Source: Thermoanaerobaculia bacterium (GTDB lineage Bacteria; Acidobacteriota; Thermoanaerobaculia; Multivoradales; UBA5704). From it: 63,119 nucleotides of DNA. Shown here piece by piece: positions 28,255-37,954 of the stretch. The position numbers and the translations under genes were made by a program. Each line of letters begins with the position of its first letter. The first letter of the stretch is position 1. Under the pieces are notes generated by a model, which was not told the origin of the DNA, did no database searches, and was given only the letters and a program-made list of their open reading frames with translations. The stretch lies in contig JBGAGQ010000034.1 in assembly GCA_044226625.1 (NCBI GenBank), positions 1-63,119 of the forward strand, given 5' to 3'.

Positions 28255-29310
28255 CTAGCGTGGACAGTCGGGCGTCGCCCCGGGCCGGATTTCTTGGCGA
28301 AAGAGGAGGGTCCCCTCCGAGTCGACGAATTCGATCGCGATCCGCTCGGGGTCGGCGTCGAGCACGGCGAAGCCGGGCTTCGATCCGACGGCCCAGACGA
28401 CGCAAGGGGAGGGGACGTTCACCGCGCGCTGCTCGTGCCCCGCGGCTCCCGAGACGACGAAAGTGACGCCCCCCTCCGGACGCTCGAGCTCCATGTGGTG
28501 GTCGTGCCCGGCGAGGTAGAGGGCGACACGGTGCTTCGTGAAGATCGGCATCAGCGCTGCCTTCTGATGCGGCGAATCCCCGTGACCCGTGCCGGAGGAG
28601 TAGATAGGGTGATGGCCGTAGACGATCTTCCAACGCGCGGTGCTCCGGCCGAGCTCGGCGTCGAGCCAGGCGAGCTGGGGGGTGACGTCCTCCTGCCGCT
28701 CGATCGGGTCGGTATCGATCGCGAAGAACTGCACCGGACCCGCGAGGAAGGTGTAGTAAGGCCGCGGCAGGCACCAGGACGCGCTCCGTTCCGAGCGTTT
28801 CATCTCGGCCTCTGGGCTCGCCGGATCGTAGTAGTCGTGATTGCCTAGCGAGGCGTAGAGCCGCACGCCGAGCGGACCGTAAGGCCGCTCCCAGTCGCTC
28901 GCCCAACGCGGAGCGGCGGGGTCGGCGAGCCCTTCGGGATAGAAGTTGTCGCCCAGGGTCACGCCGAAATCGAACGGCTTCCTTTGATCGTAGTCCGCCA
29001 TCGCGCGCGCGACGGCGAGCTGCGCCGGACCTCCGTCACCGAAATCACCGAATGCGACGAAGCGGACCGCGTCTCCCGCCGGGCGGATCGCCGGCGTTGC
29101 TCCTTGGGCGAGCAAGGCGGGACAAACGTCGACCGGCGGCGAGGGAGCTGGTGCCCCGATTCCGCCGACTTTCACCTTCTCCGCCGAGTCGGAGGCGGGA
29201 GAGGAGCGGCGCGGCTCGTCGACTGGGCCCGATCTGCACGCCGAGATTCCGCTCGAGGCGGCAGCCCAGAGGGCGAAAGCGATCAACCGGCTCGGACGAA
29301 GGCGGGTCAT
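28255..29310 (-). CDS. metallophosphoesterase (purple acid phosphatase-like), probable lipoprotein
   Basis: GDFG, GDNFY, GNHD, GHH, GHDH; lipobox-like ISAC. Confidence 0.9.
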   Translation of the reverse strand: MTRLRPSRLIAFALWAAASSGISACRSGPVDEPRRSSPASDSAEKVKVGGIGAPAPSPPVDVCPALLAQGATPAIRPAGDAVRFVAFGDFGDGGPAQLAVARAMADYDQRKPFDFGVTLGDNFYPEGLADPAAPRWASDWERPYGPLGVRLYASLGNHDYYDPASPEAEMKRSERSASWCLPRPYYTFLAGPVQFFAIDTDPIERQEDVTPQLAWLDAELGRSTARWKIVYGHHPIYSSGTGHGDSPHQKAALMPIFTKHRVALYLAGHDHHMELERPEGGVTFVVSGAAGHEQRAVNVPSPCVVWAVGSKPGFAVLDADPERIAIEFVDSEGTLLFRQEIRPGATPDCPR

Positions 29311-29359
29311 TTCGTCGAGCTTACCGGACGACGCCCTCGGACCTCTTGATCTCCTCTTT

Positions 29360-30955
29360 TCAGGGCTGTCCGGAGATTTGCCGCGACAGGTTCTCCCAGC
29401 GATCGGGTCGCGGGCGCAGGTGGGTGGCGGTCGCTCGGGGTCGTTGGGTCCTGTCGGATACCCAGACCGGCCCACGCCGAACTCTCGATTCCTCCTCGGG
29501 CGGTGGCAGGCGCCAGATCTTCACCTGCGTCGGCTCGTCTTCGGCGAGCAAGAGGATCGATCGGAGGGACCGCATCACCTCTGCTCCGCGCCCTCGGCCG
29601 CGCCGGACCAGGATCGCCCCGCCGCGCGCGGGCCAGCTCGCCGCCAGCCGTTTGATCGATCCGTCGAGGGCGATCATTCGGAGAGGCGGATGACCCTGGG
29701 CCGCCTCGGGGAGGTAGTGGGCGAGGCAGATGGCGGTCGAGGCGTTCAAGGCGAAAACCGGCTCGCCCGGTTGCGCGGAAGCGACCACGACGCGCGCGGC
29801 CCAGAGCCAGTCAGGCCGGTTGGCATAATCCCAGAGAATGCCCGAGGCCCCGGCGAAGGCGACCACGCCGCAGAGAGCCCACCGCAGCTCGACGGAGAGC
29901 GCGGGCCGAACCGGCAGCGCGCGCAGGAGCCGGCAACCTTCCGCGAGTCCGAGGCCCAAGAGGAGGGCGAGAAACAGCCCGCCCACCATCATGTAGCGCG
30001 CCTCGCTCCAGTGCCGGGAGATGCGAAGCACCGCTTCGACGCCAAGCGTTCCCGCGAGGGTCCCGACCAGGAGCGCTCGCCCTTCCGGCGTCCGACCGGC
30101 TCGCCGGACCGCGAGGGCGACCAGGCCGATCGCCAGCACACCCGTCCAGCCGAGAACGTGCGTTTCCGTGCCGAAAGTCAGCTCGTGCCACCGCTCGGCC
30201 AAGAGGCCGAGGCTCCATCGGGTCGCCGGCCGTTGGATCCGCTGGTGCCGCGCGGAGAGCATCACGGAAATCCAAGGCAAGTAGGCGAGGCCCCAACCGA
30301 GGACGAGAAGCGGCGCCCACCGCAGGCACCGGCGCGCTTCGAGGCGCTCGTCGAGGTCTTGATCGGGCCTCCGCCCGAACGCCCGCTCGACCGCGAGCCA
30401 GGCGATCGGCGCGAGCACCACGGCGGCCAGGTAATGGGCATACAGAGTCGCGAGCACCGCGAAAAAGAAGGCGATCAGGCGATCGGTCCGAAAACCCGAC
30501 AGCAAGCGGTCGGCCGTGGAGAGCGAGAGCGCCGCGCAGAACAGAGCGAGCGGATAGGGGCGCAACTCCTGGGAGTAATGGACGAGGAACGGCGACCACG
30601 CCAGGGCCGCGCCCGCGAAGACGCCCTCGCGCAGACCGAATCGGCGCGCGATCCATCGGGCGACGACGAGGACCGTGGCAACGCCGAAAGCGATCGGAAT
30701 CAGACGCCGGGCCGATTCGCCGAGCCCGGCGTGGAGGGCGAGCCAGCTGATAACCCCCTCGAGTGGCGGATGGACCGCGTCGGCCCGGAGCGCCCGGAGC
30801 ATCTCGAGGAAGCCGCCGCTCGCCTGATCGGTCTCGATGATCTCATCGAGCCAGAGCGAGAAACTGCCGAGATTCGCCACGCGCGGAAGGAGAGCGAGCA
30901 GGGCGAGCCACACCGCCCACGGCGTACCGAGAGATTCCACTGAGTTGTCGCGCAC
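29360..30955 (-). CDS. GT-C fold (GT39/PMT-like) membrane glycosyltransferase
   Basis: SLWLDE, HPPL, YSQELRPY, multiple TM helices. Confidence 0.85.
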   Translation of the reverse strand: MRDNSVESLGTPWAVWLALLALLPRVANLGSFSLWLDEIIETDQASGGFLEMLRALRADAVHPPLEGVISWLALHAGLGESARRLIPIAFGVATVLVVARWIARRFGLREGVFAGAALAWSPFLVHYSQELRPYPLALFCAALSLSTADRLLSGFRTDRLIAFFFAVLATLYAHYLAAVVLAPIAWLAVERAFGRRPDQDLDERLEARRCLRWAPLLVLGWGLAYLPWISVMLSARHQRIQRPATRWSLGLLAERWHELTFGTETHVLGWTGVLAIGLVALAVRRAGRTPEGRALLVGTLAGTLGVEAVLRISRHWSEARYMMVGGLFLALLLGLGLAEGCRLLRALPVRPALSVELRWALCGVVAFAGASGILWDYANRPDWLWAARVVVASAQPGEPVFALNASTAICLAHYLPEAAQGHPPLRMIALDGSIKRLAASWPARGGAILVRRGRGRGAEVMRSLRSILLLAEDEPTQVKIWRLPPPEEESRVRRGPVWVSDRTQRPRATATHLRPRPDRWENLSRQISGQP

Positions 30956-31148
30956 ACCCCCATCAAGCTCGTTTCGTTGCGTGCTTCTAGTTTCACGGGA
31001 TCAATCTCGGTGGCCTGGGGGCGAGCCGCCCGCCCCCTGCCAGGAAGCGGCGTCGCCTGAGGAGCACGGGTTCTCCGGTCGCTGCCGGCTCGACATCGCC
31101 GGCCCGCCGTTCGTCCCATCTTCCGGCTCGTGCCACAATCGGCGCGCC

Positions 31149-33749
31149 GTGGCCGACACGAACCCCTCGATTCCTCCCGCCGCTCGTCCGAACCTCGCTT
31201 CGCGGGTTCCTCCCGGAGGCACCAGCGATCCGGACGAGATCCTCTCTCGCTTCATCGACTGGGCGACTGAGGCGGGCTATGAGCTCTATCCGGCGCAGGA
31301 GGAGGCGCTGCTCGAGCTGATGGCGGGAAAGCACGTCATCCTCAACACGCCGACCGGCTCCGGCAAATCGCTCGTCGCCCTCGGACTCCATTTCAAGGCG
31401 CTGTGCGAAGGGCAGGTCTCCTACTACACGAGCCCGATCAAGGCGCTCGCGTCGGAGAAGTTCTTCTCGCTCTGCAACGACTTCGGGCCGGAGAACGTCG
31501 GTATGCTGACCGGCGACGCGAGCATCAATCCGACGGCCCGGGTGCTCTGCTGTACGGCCGAGGTGCTGTCGAACATGGCGCTTCGGAAGGGCGAGACGCT
31601 CGACGCGCCGTACGTCGTGATGGACGAGTTCCACTACTACTCCGACGCCGAGCGGGGCGTCGCCTGGCAGGTGCCGCTCCTCGTCCTTCCCTACACGCGA
31701 TTCCTGCTCATGTCGGCGACGCTCGGCGACGTCTCGGCGATCGCCGAGCACATTCGGCGGATCACCGGGGGCGAGGTCGCGCACGTGATCTCCGAGGACC
31801 GCCCGGTGCCGCTCGATTGGGAGTATCGCGAGACGCCTCTCCACGAGACGATCGACGAGCTACTCGCGACCGGCAAATCGCCGATCTACATCGTCAACTT
31901 CACCCAGCGCGAGTGTGCCGAGCTCGCCCAGTCGCTCACCAGCATGAAGTCCTCCACCCGCGAGGAGCGCGAGAAGATCCGCGACCTGATCTCGGGAGCC
32001 CGGCTCGACACCCCCTACGGCAAGGAGTTCCGTCGCTTCCTGTCGTTCGGCGTCGGCGTCCACCACGCGGGGTTGCTCCCGAAGTATCGGCTGCTCGTCG
32101 AGCAGCTCGCCCAGCAGGGGCTGCTGCGCGTGATCTCCGGAACCGACACGCTCGGCGTGGGCGTCAACATCCCGATCCGCACCGTGCTCTTCACCAAGCT
32201 CGCGAAGTTCGACGGCAAGAAAGTGGCGACGCTCTCCGTCCGAGACTTCAAACAGATCGCCGGCCGCGCCGGACGAAAGGGTTTCGACACGCGGGGCAGC
32301 GTCGTGGCGCAAGCGCCCGAGCACGTGATCGAACAACGCATGCGGGAAAGGAAGGCGAGCGGCGGGGGCAAGAAATCGAAAGCGCCGCTCAAGGGTCCAG
32401 CGAAAGGGGAGGTCTCCTGGAGCGAGGAGACCTTCATGCGCCTGCGGGAGCGGCCGCCCGAGACGCTCCGCTCGCGTTTCCGGATCACCCACGGCATGGT
32501 GCTCAACCTGCTCCAGCGCGACGCCGAGATCAACGATCCGAATCGGCCGAACTTCGCCTCGCTTCGAGAGCTGATCGAGCGCTCGCACGAAGACCCGGTG
32601 AGCAAGGCGAAATGGTTGCAGTTCTCGGCGATCGTCGTCCGCTCGCTCTACCGCGCCGGTGTGCTTCGGATGGCGAAGGACACCCGGCGCGACTACTTCT
32701 GGGTAGTGATTTCGGACGACTTACAGTGGGATTTCTCGCTCCACCAGGTTCTGTCGCTCTTCCTGGTCGAGACGCTCGGGCACCTCGATCCGGATTCGGA
32801 AAACTACGCGGGAGATCTGATCGCGCTGGTCGAATCGATCCTGGAAAATCCGGAGGTGATCCTGCGCCGTCAGGTCGACAAGCTCAAGACCGTGCTGGTC
32901 AACGAGCTCAAGGCGCAAGGGGTGGGCTACGACGAGCGGATGGAAAAGCTCGAAGAGGTTACCCATCCCAAGCCGCTCGCGGATTTCCTCGAGGGGCACT
33001 TCCTCCGCTTCCGCCGCGATCATCCCTGGGTGGGGAGCCGCGAGATCGCCCCCAAGTCGATCGGCCGCGAGATGCTCGAGGGTTTCTACGGCTTCTCCGA
33101 CTACGTGCGGCAGTACGGTCTCGAACGGAGCGAAGGGGTTCTCCTGCGTTACGTCTCCCAGCTCTACAAGACCCTGGAGCAGAGCGTCCCGGAGCTCGCG
33201 AAGAGCGCCGAGGTCTACGACGGCATCGGCTTCTTCCGCGCCCTGCTCCAGCACACCGACACCAGCCTGATCGAGGAATGGGAAAGCCGCCTCCACCCCG
33301 AGCTACTGCTCGAAAAGCCGGAGGAAAGCGAGCGCGACCGCCGCGAGCTGCGGGTCAAGGAACTGCTCGGCAACCCCATGGCATTCGGCGCCCGGGTCCG
33401 CGCGGAGCTCCACCTCCTCCTGCGCGCGCTCGCGAATCGCGACTGGGAAGAGGCGGCGGCCTCGATCCTCCCCGCCCACGACGATCCGGAAGGCCCCTGG
33501 ACTCCCGAGCGCTTCGAATCCGCGCTCGCCCCGTTCCTCGCGGAATACGGCAACCTCAACTTCGGCCCCGAGGCCCGTCGTCACCAGTGGACGACCATCC
33601 GCAAGACCGGCAACCGAACCTGGGAGGTCGCCCAAACCCTGCTCGATCCTCAAGGCGACAACCTCTGGGCCGCGCGGGGAACGATCGACCTCACCGACCC
33701 GAGCGTGCTGGAAGGGCCGCTCGTGCATTTGGAGCGGATCGGGCCGTAG
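31149..33749 (+). CDS. Ski2-like DEAD/DEAH helicase with DUF3516
   Basis: PTGSGKS, PIKAL, DEFH, SAT, GTDTLGVGVN, QIAGRAGR; GTG start at 31149 inferred. Confidence 0.92.
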   Translation: MADTNPSIPPAARPNLASRVPPGGTSDPDEILSRFIDWATEAGYELYPAQEEALLELMAGKHVILNTPTGSGKSLVALGLHFKALCEGQVSYYTSPIKALASEKFFSLCNDFGPENVGMLTGDASINPTARVLCCTAEVLSNMALRKGETLDAPYVVMDEFHYYSDAERGVAWQVPLLVLPYTRFLLMSATLGDVSAIAEHIRRITGGEVAHVISEDRPVPLDWEYRETPLHETIDELLATGKSPIYIVNFTQRECAELAQSLTSMKSSTREEREKIRDLISGARLDTPYGKEFRRFLSFGVGVHHAGLLPKYRLLVEQLAQQGLLRVISGTDTLGVGVNIPIRTVLFTKLAKFDGKKVATLSVRDFKQIAGRAGRKGFDTRGSVVAQAPEHVIEQRMRERKASGGGKKSKAPLKGPAKGEVSWSEETFMRLRERPPETLRSRFRITHGMVLNLLQRDAEINDPNRPNFASLRELIERSHEDPVSKAKWLQFSAIVVRSLYRAGVLRMAKDTRRDYFWVVISDDLQWDFSLHQVLSLFLVETLGHLDPDSENYAGDLIALVESILENPEVILRRQVDKLKTVLVNELKAQGVGYDERMEKLEEVTHPKPLADFLEGHFLRFRRDHPWVGSREIAPKSIGREMLEGFYGFSDYVRQYGLERSEGVLLRYVSQLYKTLEQSVPELAKSAEVYDGIGFFRALLQHTDTSLIEEWESRLHPELLLEKPEESERDRRELRVKELLGNPMAFGARVRAELHLLLRALANRDWEEAAASILPAHDDPEGPWTPERFESALAPFLAEYGNLNFGPEARRHQWTTIRKTGNRTWEVAQTLLDPQGDNLWAARGTIDLTDPSVLEGPLVHLERIGP

Positions 33750-33784
33750 GCACTCCGCGCGCCGATCGCATCCGAGACATCCCT

Positions 33785-36700
33785 CTACTCCCCCGAGCTC
33801 GCGGCGTTGGTCGCGTTCGTGACGCCTAGAGCCGCCTCGCGGGCTCTCTCAAGAAACTGATCCACCCGCGCCTGAAGCTCTACCAGCTCTACTCGCCGCC
33901 CGCGCAACCACGTTTCCAGCGGCGCAAACGCAGGGTTGGCTAATATCTCGGCGACCCGCGGGATTGCTAGCTTGTGGCCTGCCAAGTGGGCTGCCAGGAA
34001 ATGAGGGCCGTAGTTTCGCATCAACATCGGAAGGTGCACTTCGAGGTCGGCCTCAAGAAAATAAGCGAGGGCAGCCACTCGATGCATCGCTGCTTCCTCT
34101 CGATCTTTCGCTTCGGCTCTGATATCCAGATAGTTGGCAAGGTTGCTATGCGCGATCGCGATCTCCTGCGGATCGGGGCGCAGCTCATGGCCGGCGAGAG
34201 CTCGCCGACCGAGTTCAATCGCGTGGGGCCGATCGCCCTGCAGATCGAAAAGGTTTGCAAGGGAGCCGAGAGTGCGAGCTTTGCGAAGCGGGTCGTTCTG
34301 AAAGATCTCCAGGCATGCCTCGAACTCAGCCTTTGCCTCGGCGAAACGGTTCAGGCGGCGGAGGACGTTTCCACGATTCATCATGTCCCGTCCGATGTCC
34401 TCGGTCGGACGCCCCAGGGCTCGTTTAAGGGCGAGGATTCGATCGACGCGATCGAGGGCCGTTTCCCAGTCCCTCAGTGCGAGGTGAGCTTCCTTCGCGA
34501 TATCCAGCGCGCCGATCAATGCTCGGTGTAGGAATTCAGGCTCGGGTGCCTGAAGCGTAGGCCGCCCAGCGCGGTGTTGGTCCCACCAAGCGCTCAACTG
34601 CGCCAGGCGGGCTTCGATCTCAGGCAGGGCCTGGGCGGCGTGGCCCTGGAGCACGTCGATCCGCAAGATCTCGATCTCGTTGCCAAGGACTTGGACCTGT
34701 GGGGCGCCGGCGTGCCTCAGAGCCTCTACACTCTCGCGCTGGCGCCGTCTCGCGGTATCCAAGTCACCGAGGTACCGCAGGGCGATCCCCCAGTTACCGT
34801 AGGTGTTGGCAAGGTCCAACCACGCCTGCTTTGCGCCGATCCCTCCGGCCTCGACCCGGGCAAGGGCTTGTGTTGCGGCCTGCTCGTAGGACGGAAGGCT
34901 GGCGCGATACTGAGTGGCGAGAAGCAAGGAATCAGCAAGGTTCTTGATGAAGCTCCAGCGAATACGGCCATCTGGAACCGAGCGCTCAGCCTCCTTGAGA
35001 TGAGGAAGCAGGCTCGCGAGAAAGATCGGGTCGTGGGAACTTGTAACCACCGCGCTCGCGAAGCGATTGAGCCGGTCCCAGGCCTCGGCTTGGACGCAGT
35101 AGACGAGTGCTCGCCGGCCAGCCTCGAGCGCCGCCGCCATGTCTTTGTGCAGGGCTTCTCGGAGAACGGACTCCAATCTCTCTCCATAGGCGAGGCGGAT
35201 CATGTTCTCTGTAAGGTCCATGTCGCCCGAATGTTTGGAATTGGCCATCCAAGAACGAATGCGTTCCCGAACCAGCTCGTGGCAAGTGAGGACCCAGTGC
35301 TTGAGATTTGGGCCAACGCGCTGCTTGTTTGCCAAGCCAGTGGCGAGGAGATACCTCAGTGGAGGGGCGAGAGCTGCCTCTGGCCAGACCTTCCACAGAA
35401 CTCTTAGCTCGATTGGCTCGTTCGCCACCGCGATCATCCAGAGTAGCCGACGAGCCCCCGGGCTTGCCCCGAGAATCAGCTCGTCATTAGATGTAGCGAG
35501 CGCATTCTCCAGGTAGGACGTCTCGGCATCATCGCCCCGTTCGATGGCGAACAGCTCAGGCAACTGCGTCGCATCGTGATTCGTCTCGATCGAATCGAGT
35601 GCAGTAATTAGCTGTTCGCGTAACTCAAACCTACCCGCGGCGAGCCGGGCGAGCCGGTCCATGAGGAGCGGATGGAATCGGCTAGCCTGGAGAAGGCGTT
35701 CGGCGAGCGCCTTTTCGGCCTCGTCTCGGCCGAGAACCATGCGCCTCAACCCGGGGTGCTCTCGTAGGAAAAGCGCGGCCTCTCTAGCCGGCAGTGGCTT
35801 AAGCTGCACGCGGTGGCAATGCGGTGCTACATCGCCCGCGAGCGCCGCGAGCTGGCGGCGGCAGGTAATCAGGACGCGGGACGGAGCGCCTACCAGATCG
35901 GTCGCGAGGAGCGCCAGACAGCGATCCCAATCGGGATCCTGGCAGGCCCAGAGCGGTTCGGTGGAATCACCCGGCTCCTGCTCGGGCTTCAAATTCGATT
36001 CGAAGTTGTCGAGGACGAGAAGGATCGCCTCGTCGCGAAGCGCTCGAACAAGGTTTCGCACCAGTCGCACGATTCGGTCGGGACCGGTGAAATCGGATTC
36101 CGCCTCTCGGTGGATCGCATCGGCGGGCCGAAACTGGACGTGCCGATAGTAGAGGCCCTGCTCGGAATAGAGCCTCACGTGAAGATCCCGGAGCGTCGAT
36201 TCGAGGCTTAGAGCGTTCGGCTTCGCCTGATAGAGCAGGACCCATTCGAAGCGCTGGTTCCAGAGATCGAACGCCTCGGCCGCAAGCGCCGTCTTGCCCA
36301 TGCCTCCGAGGCCCGTGATCAGCGCCACCGTTTTGGCTTCGGCGTTTCGAGCCGTGCTGATGTAAGAGGTCCCGAGATTTGCCAACTCCCACCCGCGACC
36401 GACGAAGCTCGGATGATCCGCGAGCGTCAGTTCGGCGATCCGGTGCAGACGGCGGTCGCGCGTGTCTAGGGAGGGGCTGCGCTCGTTCGCCCAACGGAGG
36501 CCGGGGTCCTCGGCGCCATACAACACGGGGGTCGCGGAATCGGCCGCCGAGAAGCGGGCGGCATCGGACCTCCCCTTGGCGAGGAGGGCTTTTCTCGCCA
36601 GGGTGAGAGCGGCCACGGCGGTCTTCGGCACGGAATCGACGAAGAGCGAGCGATAGAAATCGAGGGCTAGGGCCAGGGCATATTCGTCCCCGATCGCGTA

Positions 36701-37717
36701 CCGCATCGCGACCACCGACGGCACGCCGCCTTGAAGGAGTGCGTGGGCCGCGCCCGTGTAGCCAGGCTGCTCCACGATCTCGATGTCACGCTCTGGAAGG
36801 TCCTTGAACGCCGCTCGGGTACCGGGCTCCTCGCCCCGGGCCGTCGCAAGGAAGCTCTGCCAATCCTTGACCTGCTCCACGTCGCCCGAATGGCAGGCGC
36901 TCAGAAAGACGAGCCGGGGGAGGAAACCGCCCGCTTCGAAGAACAGGTCTAGAAGTTCCTGGCCCGAGAGGGCGTCGGGGAGGCCGTGGACTCCCGCGAG
37001 TTCCAGGCGGCGGTCCCGGTGGCCGTGACCGCTCCAGTGGACGACGTGATAGCCGCCGCGGTCCTTGACCCGTTCGTGGAGCTGGCCGCGGGTCACGCCG
37101 TGGGCGAGAAAATCGACCACGATCTTTCGGTTGGGATAGACCTCGCGCTCGAACATTCGCTGGATCTCGCGCCGCTCCCGCCGAGTCGAGAGAGGCCGGG
37201 AATGCCGTGCCGCAGCGGATACGTACAACATACGCAAGGAACCGTCCTGGCCGAGATCGATCGGCTGCGAAGGCGGTTCCTGCATGTCGTGCACTACACG
37301 GATCAGGAGGTTGCGCTCGGCGAGGGTCTCCCGAACGGCGGAAGGTCGCGCGATTTCCCAGGGGATGCGAGTTAGCGCGGCGCCGAGCGGGTTCCTCTCC
37401 GCGGTCGCCCCCGGGAGCTGGACGCGCAGGTGGCGTTGATTCCGCGGCGTCCAGAGCGCCAGGAAAATCTCTTCGCCCAAGATCTCCTCGGCGAGGAAGA
37501 CGCCGACTCGGGCGACCTCCTCCTCCTCGTGGCCCGGCTCGACGTAGAGTCGCAGGTAGCTCCGGAGGTCAAACAACGCTTGTTTGCGAGAGATCCGGAT
37601 GGAGTCGAAATCGACCGAGCGGGAGGCTAGCTGCACCCCGGCCTCGCCGAGCAACCGCAGCACGGCGAGGTTGCGGGCGGAATCCGCGGTGACGATAAGA
37701 TCATGGTGAGTCGGCAT
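33785..37717 (-). CDS. CHAT caspase-like protease - STAND NTPase - TPR protein (1310 aa)
   Basis: VHWSGHG and LSACHSG (CHAT His/Cys); FVGR; GLGGMGKT; LLVLDNFE; LITCR; HPL; CHELVRE; C-terminal TPR-like helices. Confidence 0.9.
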   Translation of the reverse strand: MPTHHDLIVTADSARNLAVLRLLGEAGVQLASRSVDFDSIRISRKQALFDLRSYLRLYVEPGHEEEEVARVGVFLAEEILGEEIFLALWTPRNQRHLRVQLPGATAERNPLGAALTRIPWEIARPSAVRETLAERNLLIRVVHDMQEPPSQPIDLGQDGSLRMLYVSAAARHSRPLSTRRERREIQRMFEREVYPNRKIVVDFLAHGVTRGQLHERVKDRGGYHVVHWSGHGHRDRRLELAGVHGLPDALSGQELLDLFFEAGGFLPRLVFLSACHSGDVEQVKDWQSFLATARGEEPGTRAAFKDLPERDIEIVEQPGYTGAAHALLQGGVPSVVAMRYAIGDEYALALALDFYRSLFVDSVPKTAVAALTLARKALLAKGRSDAARFSAADSATPVLYGAEDPGLRWANERSPSLDTRDRRLHRIAELTLADHPSFVGRGWELANLGTSYISTARNAEAKTVALITGLGGMGKTALAAEAFDLWNQRFEWVLLYQAKPNALSLESTLRDLHVRLYSEQGLYYRHVQFRPADAIHREAESDFTGPDRIVRLVRNLVRALRDEAILLVLDNFESNLKPEQEPGDSTEPLWACQDPDWDRCLALLATDLVGAPSRVLITCRRQLAALAGDVAPHCHRVQLKPLPAREAALFLREHPGLRRMVLGRDEAEKALAERLLQASRFHPLLMDRLARLAAGRFELREQLITALDSIETNHDATQLPELFAIERGDDAETSYLENALATSNDELILGASPGARRLLWMIAVANEPIELRVLWKVWPEAALAPPLRYLLATGLANKQRVGPNLKHWVLTCHELVRERIRSWMANSKHSGDMDLTENMIRLAYGERLESVLREALHKDMAAALEAGRRALVYCVQAEAWDRLNRFASAVVTSSHDPIFLASLLPHLKEAERSVPDGRIRWSFIKNLADSLLLATQYRASLPSYEQAATQALARVEAGGIGAKQAWLDLANTYGNWGIALRYLGDLDTARRRQRESVEALRHAGAPQVQVLGNEIEILRIDVLQGHAAQALPEIEARLAQLSAWWDQHRAGRPTLQAPEPEFLHRALIGALDIAKEAHLALRDWETALDRVDRILALKRALGRPTEDIGRDMMNRGNVLRRLNRFAEAKAEFEACLEIFQNDPLRKARTLGSLANLFDLQGDRPHAIELGRRALAGHELRPDPQEIAIAHSNLANYLDIRAEAKDREEAAMHRVAALAYFLEADLEVHLPMLMRNYGPHFLAAHLAGHKLAIPRVAEILANPAFAPLETWLRGRRVELVELQARVDQFLERAREAALGVTNATNAASSGE

Positions 37718-37868
37718 TTTCGCACCTCAATGGGAGACGCGAAGTCTAGCGTTATGCCGCGTCAGCAACTTCAGCATTGACCGGTCGCGGGAAAGAAGGG
37801 ACCCTTCGGCCGCTGACAAACGCCTCATGGGTCGCGACGGGCTTCAAGGGCGGGAGAGGATGTCGCAC

Positions 37869-37931
37869 GTGGTCAGAATCTGACCACCAGGTGGTTGAAA
37901 TTTGACCACCAAGTGGTTGAAATTTGACCAC
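37869..37931. promoter_or_regulatory. three 19-bp palindromic repeats at 22-bp spacing
   Basis: GTGGTCAGAATCTGACCAC (37869); GTGGTTGAAATTTGACCAC (37891 and 37913); ends 23 bp before ATG 37955. Confidence 0.75.
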
Positions 37932-37954
37932 CGAGGGACTACTCTGAGGCTGGA

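Noticed and set aside
37750-37762. GTTATGC as an integron attC/attI core site
   Set aside because: No matching RYYYAAC inverse core at a suitable distance, wrong orientation for the CHAT gene, and no integrase.
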